Of a DNA stretch of 64,000 nt, positions 11,022-18,452 are shown one piece after another. The stretch is from Candidatus Nanopelagicales bacterium (GTDB taxonomy: Bacteria; Actinomycetota; Actinomycetes; S36-B12). Numbering within the stretch: position 1 is the stretch's first letter; each line of letters begins with the position of its first letter. The stretch is taken from contig JAQTZL010000003.1 of NCBI GenBank assembly GCA_028687755.1, positions 61,804 through 125,803 of the forward strand, read 5' to 3'. Both the position numbers and the translations under genes were made by a program. The notes beneath the pieces were generated by a model. That model did not search any database, was not told the DNA's origin, and saw nothing but the letters and a program-made list of their open reading frames with translations.

Positions 11022-11305
11022 GCACCGAACCAGTCCTTGAAGACCTTCCATTCGAAGAATTGCGCCATCAGGCCTTTCACCTGGCTGAAAAGCATCTTGA
11101 TTTGGGTTTCTTCACTGATGTGTTCAGCCACATGCCCAGCATGAACGCAATCGAGGGCGAAGGCGGAGACTTAGGGGCTGTTGGTGGAACATTCATCGAC
11201 ACAGTTCGTGCCGTTCGTGAGATGTTTGGTGAAACAGAACTCGATGACACCACCGAAAGCTTGCTGCGCGCACGCTTTGCTACCTACATTCGCGAGCGTT
11301 CGTAA
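11018..11305 (+). CDS. Hypothetical acidic 95-aa protein, last gene of the fol-linked coupled chain
   Basis: ATGA-coupled to the preceding gene. No family recognised by eye. No TM segment or signal peptide. Confidence 0.5.
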   Translation: MSTEPVLEDLPFEELRHQAFHLAEKHLDLGFFTDVFSHMPSMNAIEGEGGDLGAVGGTFIDTVRAVREMFGETELDDTTESLLRARFATYIRERS

Positions 11306-12421
11306 TTAGCGGTCGGCGTCGCCGACCATAAACGTGCACGATTGCAACATGGGCACTAACGCATCCATTGGAAGCCCAACAAGAGTGCTCGTCAAGCTCT
11401 GAATTGTTGCGAATGCTGGCGTACGTAATTTCAAACGCCACGGTGTTTTTTCGCCGATACTGTCGAGCAAAATCCCGATAGTTCCAAGTGGACCTTCAAT
11501 CGCGCCATAAATCGTAAGTTCTGGTGCGCGGACCACCTTAGGAAGTTGAACTGAGGTGGGTCCGTCACCTGCTGCAAGAAGCCACTGGATTGCCTCGTCC
11601 ATGATGCTCAAGCTTGCGAGTAAGTGTTCAGCAATCAACGTAAAGCGCGATGGGATATCGCCAGATCCGTGAGCTATCGGAAAACAATGAGGGACGTGTT
11701 CGTAAGCAAGATAGGGAGTTGTGATGCGTAAATCATTCGCAACCCCACTGCTCCAAGCTATCGATCCAGAAAGCCCATATTCGTGTATTTGTTCTGGAGT
11801 GATAACTCCAATGCCTTCCAACTGCGCAAAGCGATCGCCTATTTTCTGAGGTAAATCATGAAGATCCGTCTGAAGTTCCTTGATGACTGGCGAGAGTAAA
11901 TTGAGCCATTCAGGGAAGCAGGGAGTGGCAATGCCACCGATGCGCACAAACATTGGGTGAATGCGTGATCCAGTGAGTTCTTCGAGAAGCGCTAGAAAGG
12001 TTTCCCGGTGTGCCATGAGCTGGGAAAATTTTGGATCAGTCGTGCCAAGCATGATCAAACTCGCAGTTACGCGATTCATTTCGGCGAGTAACATTCGAGA
12101 CCAGGTTGCACGTTCCGGAGTCAGTATTCCCATTGCATCTTCAAGAACAAGTGCGATGGCCAGTTCTGAACTCATGGCGCTGAGCCAGTCATGGCGATTC
12201 GCCAACATCATCAGTTGTCGGTAGTCGCGGGCTTCGAAGAGTTTTTCGGCACTGCGATGAACAAAGCCGATCCGCGGATCTGCTGAAGTGATGATGGATT
12301 CGTTTGTGTGCAAGGCCAATTGCATAGCGCCTTGCCCAGTGGGATGGAGTTCCCCGAGATCAAGATGGAAATCAGCCGGCAGATTTCGCGCCGCACCTAT
12401 TGCAACTAAGACCTCGTTCAC
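11306..12421 (-). CDS. NuoD/NDUFS2 (complex I 49-kDa subunit) paralogue, orphan, outside the nuo operon
   Basis: It aligns without gaps against the NuoD in this window at both ends. Near the N-terminus, LGELHPTGQGAMQL matches [25 protein letters not shown] matches [11 protein letters not shown], and NRHDWLS matches TRMDYLA. At the C-terminus, EGPLGTIG...TPWRLKLRTPAFATIQ...MVGDADR matches EAPRGELG...[16 protein letters not shown]...VMGGVDR. The [NiFe]-hydrogenase CxxC pairs are absent. Confidence 0.8.
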   Translation of the reverse strand: MNEVLVAIGAARNLPADFHLDLGELHPTGQGAMQLALHTNESIITSADPRIGFVHRSAEKLFEARDYRQLMMLANRHDWLSAMSSELAIALVLEDAMGILTPERATWSRMLLAEMNRVTASLIMLGTTDPKFSQLMAHRETFLALLEELTGSRIHPMFVRIGGIATPCFPEWLNLLSPVIKELQTDLHDLPQKIGDRFAQLEGIGVITPEQIHEYGLSGSIAWSSGVANDLRITTPYLAYEHVPHCFPIAHGSGDIPSRFTLIAEHLLASLSIMDEAIQWLLAAGDGPTSVQLPKVVRAPELTIYGAIEGPLGTIGILLDSIGEKTPWRLKLRTPAFATIQSLTSTLVGLPMDALVPMLQSCTFMVGDADR

Positions 12422-13329
12422 GGTGTCATCTTCGCAGGTTGAGGAAATTCAATTGCATACGCAGCAATAAGCCACCAGAAATCAGGAGTAGGGCCGTCTT
12501 GAAGCATGGTGATGTGTGGTGTTCCTGATGAAGCGTCAGCAAGAGCATCGAGAGCAACATGTGCAGTGATGTTCATTTCCCCAGTCGCCTGCGGTGTAAG
12601 TGTTTGCCCAGCGCGGTAACCCGTAAGTGTGCCGCCATCCCACACTCCTCGAATTCGATCGGCCCGCATGTGCGCGTAATCAATGGCTATGGCAAAGCCT
12701 GACGAGACGAGCGCTGTGAGGTCACGCCAACAAGCATCGCGAGTTATTCCAATTTCGCACCGCATGAATGGGCGAGTAGTCGGCCACCACTTCTTTAACC
12801 ATTCATATTCTGGGCTTGTCGTATCTAAGGCCGCGCCAAGTGTGGGTGTGAAATGCGTGTGATCAGCAACCATGATGTGCGCCACTCCATCGCTACCTAC
12901 TTCTGCCATTGCGCAGGGGAGGTCATCGAGGAATTCATGTGCCACCAACACAGTGTGTCCCGCAGGAATCTGGATGATGGTTTCCCTGACATCACCCTCA
13001 ATCCAGTCGATAGCTGCCGAGAGATGTGCCGGTCGCGGTCTGACATCAAGACAGATAAGGGTCGTGCGTTCGCGCTCTGCAGGTGTAAGCAAATCTGAAA
13101 TGTGCTCCGCCAATAATCCGGTTCCAGCGCCAACATCAATGAACCTGAGAGGCCCTTGGAGCAGGGCGGTGCGCACATAGGGCAGCAGGTCGGTAGCCAA
13201 TGTGGATTGTTGAACGCTGGTGGTGAAGTGGTCATAGGGCAGGGAATGGGAGTAGAAGCCACGATCACCGGTCGCGGCCTTTGCCCAGGCCAGATCCCAA
13301 GCGAGATCTTCGGGAATTTTGGCCACCAC
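12418..13329 (-). CDS. MidA/NDUFAF7-family class I SAM-dependent methyltransferase
   Basis: Family-typical blocks appear in order: DHFTTS (DFxTSPE-like), FIDVGAGTGLLAEHI (SAM motif I), LVAHEFLDDLP (ANEFFDALP-like), AIAIDYAH (DYG-like), GTLTGYRAGQ and GEMNITAHVALDAL (DxTAHVDF-like). Its stop overlaps the GTG start of the NuoD paralogue (GTGA). Confidence 0.75.
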   Translation of the reverse strand: MVAKIPEDLAWDLAWAKAATGDRGFYSHSLPYDHFTTSVQQSTLATDLLPYVRTALLQGPLRFIDVGAGTGLLAEHISDLLTPAERERTTLICLDVRPRPAHLSAAIDWIEGDVRETIIQIPAGHTVLVAHEFLDDLPCAMAEVGSDGVAHIMVADHTHFTPTLGAALDTTSPEYEWLKKWWPTTRPFMRCEIGITRDACWRDLTALVSSGFAIAIDYAHMRADRIRGVWDGGTLTGYRAGQTLTPQATGEMNITAHVALDALADASSGTPHITMLQDGPTPDFWWLIAAYAIEFPQPAKMTP

Positions 13330-13365
13330 AGCAACGCACGGTAGCGAGCCTCTACGCTCCTACGT

Positions 13366-14253
13366 GTGATGGCTCCTCCCCGCCTCCGTGTCGGTGTCAT
13401 TGGCACCGGTCGAGCGGGTTCCGTGATTGGCGCGGCCCTGCATCGTGTTGGTCATGAAGTGGTGGCTGTTGCCGCTGTTTCTGAACTCTCACGCCTTCGA
13501 GCTCAAGCGCTTTTGCCGGGTGTCCCTATCGTTGATATTGATCAGGTGGTTGCGGCCTGTGATTTGGTGCTGGTCGCAGTTCCCGACGATGCGCTAGCTG
13601 GGTTACTCGAAGGTCTTGCTGCGAGCCAATCAGTGAAGCCAGGTCAGTTCTGGGTGCACTTGAGTGGTCGTTATGGCACTGACGTGATGGCGCCAGTAGC
13701 TGCGCTTGGGGCCCTGCCGCTAGCTATCCATCCGGTGATGTCTTTTACCGGAACAAGCATGGATCTCCAACGCCTCGAAGAGTGCCCGTTTGGAGTGACG
13801 GCGCCTGATGAATTGCGAAGTGCTGCCGAAGCGCTCGTCATTGAGATCGGCGGCGATCCCATTTGGGTGCCAGAAGAGAAGCGAGTGCTGTATCACGCAG
13901 CTTTGGCGTTCGGCTCCAATTACCTCATCACCCTGGTAGCCCAAAGTGCCGAGTTGTTGTCGCGGGCCGGCATCGAAGAACCGCGTCGTGTTCTTGCTCC
14001 ACTGTTGAGTGCGAGTTTGGATAACGCGTTGCGACTGGGCGACCAAGCATTGACCGGGCCAGTGGCGCGAGGTGACGCGGCGAGCGTCAAGGCACATCTT
14101 GCTGTGCTTACTGAGCAATCCGAGCTCGCAGGTTCAAGTTACCGAGTACTGGCCCGCGTAACTGCAGATCGAGCAGTTGATGCTGGGTTACTGTCTACAG
14201 CGCATGCAGAGGCACTCTTGGGTGTGCTGAGTGAAGAAGGGGAATCGACATGA
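13366..14253 (+). CDS. Rossmann-fold, DUF2520-type putative oxidoreductase (panC-associated)
   Basis: N-terminal GVIGTGRAGS dinucleotide-binding motif and C-terminal ...LTGPVARGD... block. ATGA-coupled to panC, the usual actinobacterial position for this family. Confidence 0.7.
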   Translation: MMAPPRLRVGVIGTGRAGSVIGAALHRVGHEVVAVAAVSELSRLRAQALLPGVPIVDIDQVVAACDLVLVAVPDDALAGLLEGLAASQSVKPGQFWVHLSGRYGTDVMAPVAALGALPLAIHPVMSFTGTSMDLQRLEECPFGVTAPDELRSAAEALVIEIGGDPIWVPEEKRVLYHAALAFGSNYLITLVAQSAELLSRAGIEEPRRVLAPLLSASLDNALRLGDQALTGPVARGDAASVKAHLAVLTEQSELAGSSYRVLARVTADRAVDAGLLSTAHAEALLGVLSEEGEST

Positions 14254-15113
14254 CCTCACTCTTGGCTTCCACTCACGCTGAACTCCTCGCAGCACGTGGC
14301 GCGTCGCATCCTGTTGCTGTTGTGATGACGATGGGTGCGCTTCACGAAGGCCACGCGTCCCTTATTCGCGAAGCGCGTGCAGTGGTTGGTCGTTCAGGAT
14401 TTGTGGTCGTCACGAATTTTGTAAACCCGACGCAGTTTGGTGCGGGTGAAGACTTTGATCGTTACCCACGAACCCTTGATCGCGACCTTGAAGTGAGCGA
14501 GCTCGCAGGTGCAGACGTGATGTACGCGCCTTCAGTTGAAGAAATGTATGGCACTGATCGTCTCGATGACCTCGGTGGTCAAGTGATGGTGGATCCAGGA
14601 AAACTCGGTGACATTCTTGATGGCGTTGCGCGCCCGGGTCATTTCAAGGGAATGCTGACCATTGTTGGCAAGCTGCTTCACCTGACCGCTCCTGATTACG
14701 CCTTCTTCGGTGAAAAGGATTTTCAGCAACTGGCACTCATTACTGCCATGGTGAAGTCCTTGCGGTTTCCCGTGAAAGTGATCGGCGTTCCTACTGTGCG
14801 CGAAGATGATGGCTTGGCTATGAGCAGTCGCAATCGTTACCTCTCAACGCAAGAACGCAAGGTCGCATCCCTTGTTCCGCGCGCAATTCAGGTTGCTGCT
14901 GAGGTTGCAGCTCATGATGGAGCGCGTGCAGGTGAGCGCGCAGGCATCGCTCTTCTTGCTGATCACCCAGAGTTTTCCCTTGATTATCTGGTCATCACGA
15001 ATCCACAACTGGGTGAAGCAGTTCCAGGGGAAGGGCGAGTGCTCATCGCAGTTCGCCTTGGAAGTACACGCCTGATCGACAACATCGCTTGTCGTGTTGG
15101 TGGATCATCGTGA
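14250..15113 (+). CDS. panC: Pantoate--beta-alanine ligase
   Basis: MGALHEGHASLI (HxGH) motif, FGEKDFQQ and AMSSRN blocks. Confidence 0.95.
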   Translation: MTSLLASTHAELLAARGASHPVAVVMTMGALHEGHASLIREARAVVGRSGFVVVTNFVNPTQFGAGEDFDRYPRTLDRDLEVSELAGADVMYAPSVEEMYGTDRLDDLGGQVMVDPGKLGDILDGVARPGHFKGMLTIVGKLLHLTAPDYAFFGEKDFQQLALITAMVKSLRFPVKVIGVPTVREDDGLAMSSRNRYLSTQERKVASLVPRAIQVAAEVAAHDGARAGERAGIALLADHPEFSLDYLVITNPQLGEAVPGEGRVLIAVRLGSTRLIDNIACRVGGSS

Positions 15114-16774
15114 TTCGTTTACCTGTACAGCTTGCTGCCGCTCAACCGGGCTGGACAGTGCGAGCAGACGTGATAGTCGTGGGCTCTGGTATCGCTGGTC
15201 TGGCTACTGCCTTACATGCACGCAGGGCTGGTCGGACTGTTCTTGTCATAACAAAAGCCCAAGTCAATGAAGGTTCTACGCGGTGGGCGCAAGGCGGGAT
15301 TGCTGCAGCACTTGCTGATGATGATTCACCTGCTGAGCATCTTGAAGATACGTTGCTTGCTGGTGTTGGGCTTTGTGACGAGGAAGCCGTGCGCGTACTT
15401 GTCACGGAAGGGCCGGGAGCGGTTCGCGGATTGATTCAACTTGGGGCTCGGTTTGATACTGAACCAGACGGTGGAATTTCACTCACGCGTGAAGGCGGTC
15501 ACCATCGCGATCGCATTGCACATGCTGGTGGAGATGCAACAGGCGCAGAGATTTCACGCGCAATGGTTGAGGCTATAGCTCGCGATCCAGGTATTGAACT
15601 TGTAGAAAATGCACTTGCTTTGGATCTGATCACTGATGAAACAGGAGCAGCACAAGGCATCACCTTGCATGTGCTTGGCACTGGGCAGCGCGACGGTGTT
15701 GGGGCAGCGCTTGCGCCAACGGTGGTGCTCGCCACGGGAGGCTTTGGGCAAGTCTTTCGCCAGACCACGAATCCTTATGTCTCCACAGGCGATGGTGTCG
15801 CACTTGCGATGCGTGCTGGGGCAGATGTGGCTGACCTTGAGTTCGTGCAGTTCCATCCCACGGTGATGTGGCTTGGTCCATTTGCTCAAGGCCAACAACC
15901 TTTGGTCTCCGAAGCCGTGCGCGGTGAAGGTGCATTCCTGATTGATGCTGAGGGCACTCGCTTCATGACTGCCGAGCATGAAATGGCTGACTTAGCGCCG
16001 CGCGATGTTGTTGCTAAAGCCATTATGCGTCGCATGCGCGCAACGGGTACTGATCACGTGTGGCTTGACGCCCGGCACCTTGGCGCAGATATGTGGGTTC
16101 AACGATTCCCGACAATCCTTGAATCCTGCCGATCACGCGGTATTGATCCCATCACTGATCTCATTCCAGTATCTCCAGCTCAGCATTACGTTTCAGGTGG
16201 GGTGCTCACCGATTTAGCCGGCCGCACTTCCATACCTGGGTTGTACGCCTGTGGTGAAGTTGCCTGCACGGGTGTACATGGAGCCAATCGGTTAGCGTCG
16301 AACTCATTGCTTGAAGGCCTGGTATTTGCTGGCCGCATTGGTGCACAAATTGAACGCGGGCTTCGTGTTGTTCGCGATCCAATTCTCCCCTCGCATAGTG
16401 ACCAACGGTTATTGCCACATCAGGTACGTCGTCGAGTACAAACCACCATGGATCGCCATGTGGGCGTGTTGCGCAGTTCTGAGTCATTGCAGTTAGCGAG
16501 TACTGAACTCAACGCCCTCGCAGCGACTGAGCAAGGTAAGCCAATTGCGGAAGACTGGGAAACGACCAACATCGCGACAATTGCAACGGCACTCACACGC
16601 CACGCAGCATTGCGTGAAGAAACCCGTGGATCTCATTGGCGGGAAGACTTTCCTGATCAAAATGACACTCAGTGGCGGGTTCGACTTGTAAGCAACCTCA
16701 ATAGTGATGGAACATTGACCACTCGCACGGTGCCTCGGTCAGGGGTGTCGTACTCAGATGGAAGGCAAGCATGA
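15110..16774 (+). CDS. nadB: L-aspartate oxidase
   Basis: FAD motif VIVVGSGIAGL plus SEAVRGEGA and HGANRLASNSLLEGLVF. I chose the GTG at 15110 (GTGA overlap with the panC stop) over the longer ORF-track start at 15089. Confidence 0.92.
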   Translation: MIRLPVQLAAAQPGWTVRADVIVVGSGIAGLATALHARRAGRTVLVITKAQVNEGSTRWAQGGIAAALADDDSPAEHLEDTLLAGVGLCDEEAVRVLVTEGPGAVRGLIQLGARFDTEPDGGISLTREGGHHRDRIAHAGGDATGAEISRAMVEAIARDPGIELVENALALDLITDETGAAQGITLHVLGTGQRDGVGAALAPTVVLATGGFGQVFRQTTNPYVSTGDGVALAMRAGADVADLEFVQFHPTVMWLGPFAQGQQPLVSEAVRGEGAFLIDAEGTRFMTAEHEMADLAPRDVVAKAIMRRMRATGTDHVWLDARHLGADMWVQRFPTILESCRSRGIDPITDLIPVSPAQHYVSGGVLTDLAGRTSIPGLYACGEVACTGVHGANRLASNSLLEGLVFAGRIGAQIERGLRVVRDPILPSHSDQRLLPHQVRRRVQTTMDRHVGVLRSSESLQLASTELNALAATEQGKPIAEDWETTNIATIATALTRHAALREETRGSHWREDFPDQNDTQWRVRLVSNLNSDGTLTTRTVPRSGVSYSDGRQA

Positions 16775-17679
16775 CTGAACACAATTCGAAGGTGTTTGGT
16801 CCAACCATCTCATCGATGCTCATCGATGCTCGTTTGAAACCATTGGCATTGGAAACCCTGATCAACCTAGCTATCGAGGAAGACCTTGATGGCGGAGTCG
16901 ATGTCACGACTGTCGCAACAGTGCCAACAGATCAAATCGCAGTGCTCGACCTGTGTGCACGACGTGGTGGTGTGATCGCAGGTGTGCCGGTTGCTGCCGC
17001 CGTATTCATGGCCGTATGTGGCGATGAAGATGTGGAAATTGAATTCGGGGCGCACGATGGCGAACTCGTTGAAGCTGGTCGCGTTGTAATTTCAGTGCGC
17101 GCCTCAACGCATGCACTCTTGCAAGCCGAACGCCCTGCCTTGAATTTCCTTGGTCACCTCAGCGGTATCGCAACCGCGACTCGCGTGTGGGTCGATGAGA
17201 TCGCTGGAACTGGTGCAGCAATTCGCGATACCCGTAAAACCACACCGGGCATGCGTACCCTGGAAAAATACGCGGTTCGTTGTGGTGGTGGCGTGAACCA
17301 CCGCATGTCACTTTCCGATGCTGCATTAGTGAAAGACAACCATGTGTTAGCTGCCGGTGGAGTTGCGGAAGCATTCAATTTGGTTCGTCAAAACTTCCCG
17401 GGAGTTCCTGTTGAGGTTGAAGTTGATTCAATCCAGCAGCTTGATGATGTGCTGGAAGCTGGAGCTGACCTCGTGCTTCTCGATAATTTCACGACCGAGC
17501 AGATGCTCGATGCTGTTGCTCGAACCAAGGGCCGCGCTCGATTGGAAGCCTCGGGTGGATTGAGCTTGGAGGTGGCTCGTGAGGTCGCCGCAACGGGAGT
17601 CGACTACCTTGCTGTCGGTGCGCTGACCCATTCAGCGCCGGTACTCGACATTGGTGCTGACCTGAGGACGGAGAGCTAA
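16771..17679 (+). CDS. nadC: Nicotinate-nucleotide pyrophosphorylase (carboxylating)
   Basis: AIEEDLDGGVDVTT, RKTTPGMRTLEKYAVRCGGGVNHR and LVKDNH blocks; ATGA overlap with nadB. Confidence 0.93.
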   Translation: MTEHNSKVFGPTISSMLIDARLKPLALETLINLAIEEDLDGGVDVTTVATVPTDQIAVLDLCARRGGVIAGVPVAAAVFMAVCGDEDVEIEFGAHDGELVEAGRVVISVRASTHALLQAERPALNFLGHLSGIATATRVWVDEIAGTGAAIRDTRKTTPGMRTLEKYAVRCGGGVNHRMSLSDAALVKDNHVLAAGGVAEAFNLVRQNFPGVPVEVEVDSIQQLDDVLEAGADLVLLDNFTTEQMLDAVARTKGRARLEASGGLSLEVAREVAATGVDYLAVGALTHSAPVLDIGADLRTES

Positions 17680-18440
17680 TGCTTCTCACGATTGACGTTG
17701 GCAATACCAACACAGTTCTTGGCATGTTCGATGGTGAGGAACTCAATGCTTCCTGGCGAATCAAAACTGATTCACGCACTACGGCTGACGAAATTGCCCT
17801 GACTTTCCATGGATTACTTGAGGATCACCCACCGGTAACCGGCATTGCGCTGTGCAGCACTGTCCCCGCAGTACTTCGTGAAATGCGCGTGATGCTTGCG
17901 AAGTACTTCGCTGATGTTGAAACGGTCATTGTTGAGCCAGGAACAAAAACAGGCGTGCCGGTACTAACTGACAACCCAAAGGAAGTCGGAACTGATCGCA
18001 TTGTTAACACGGTTGCAGCGTTTGCTCTCTATGGCGGGCCTAGCATCGTGGTTGATTTTGGTACGTCAACCAATCTTGATGTTGTGTCAGCGAAAGGTGA
18101 GTTCATCGGTGGTGCGTTAGCGCCCGGTATTGAAATTTCACTTGATGCCTTGGCTCAGCGAGCAGCTGCCCTGCGCAAGGTTGAACTTGTTCGTCCACGT
18201 GCAGCGATTGGCAAGAACACAGTCGAGGCGCTGCAGTCTGGTGCCCTGTATGGCTTTGCTGGTCAGGTTGATGGCATGGTTGAGCGCATCAGTGAAGAAC
18301 TAGATGAAGTCACTGCAGTGATTGCTACGGGTGGGCTTGCATCGATCGTGATTGGTGAATCACGCACAATTACCCATCATGAACCTGATCTCACCTTGAT
18401 TGGTTTGCGTTTAGTGTTCGAGCGCAACACCACTCGCTAG
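17679..18440 (+). CDS. coaX: Type III pantothenate kinase
   Basis: MLLTIDVGNTNTVLG N-terminus, plus GTDRIVN and DFGTSTN motifs. Confidence 0.93.
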   Translation: MLLTIDVGNTNTVLGMFDGEELNASWRIKTDSRTTADEIALTFHGLLEDHPPVTGIALCSTVPAVLREMRVMLAKYFADVETVIVEPGTKTGVPVLTDNPKEVGTDRIVNTVAAFALYGGPSIVVDFGTSTNLDVVSAKGEFIGGALAPGIEISLDALAQRAAALRKVELVRPRAAIGKNTVEALQSGALYGFAGQVDGMVERISEELDEVTAVIATGGLASIVIGESRTITHHEPDLTLIGLRLVFERNTTR

Positions 18441-18452
18441 GTTCACGACGTT

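Noticed and set aside
11306-12421. Possibility that the NuoD-like ORF is a [NiFe]-hydrogenase large subunit
   Set aside because: The N-terminal RxCGxC and C-terminal DPCxxC nickel-ligand motifs are absent. The termini instead match NuoD-specific blocks (QHP-type loop, ...VGDADR tail).
12897-13406. 169-aa alternative-frame minus-strand ORF overlapping the MidA-like gene and the divergent spacer
   Set aside because: The frame with MidA-family motifs (12418-13329) explains the region. This ORF is Pro/Arg-rich and would run into the DUF2520 gene start.
16809-16830. Perfect tandem duplication CATCGATGCT x2 (with a partial third unit) near the 5' end of nadC
   Set aside because: The reading frame through it is intact (ISSMLIDAR), and both the upstream ATGA-coupled start and the downstream NadC motifs are in the same frame. 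At two copies it is too short to argue for phase variation, so it is most likely a chance or ancient slip.
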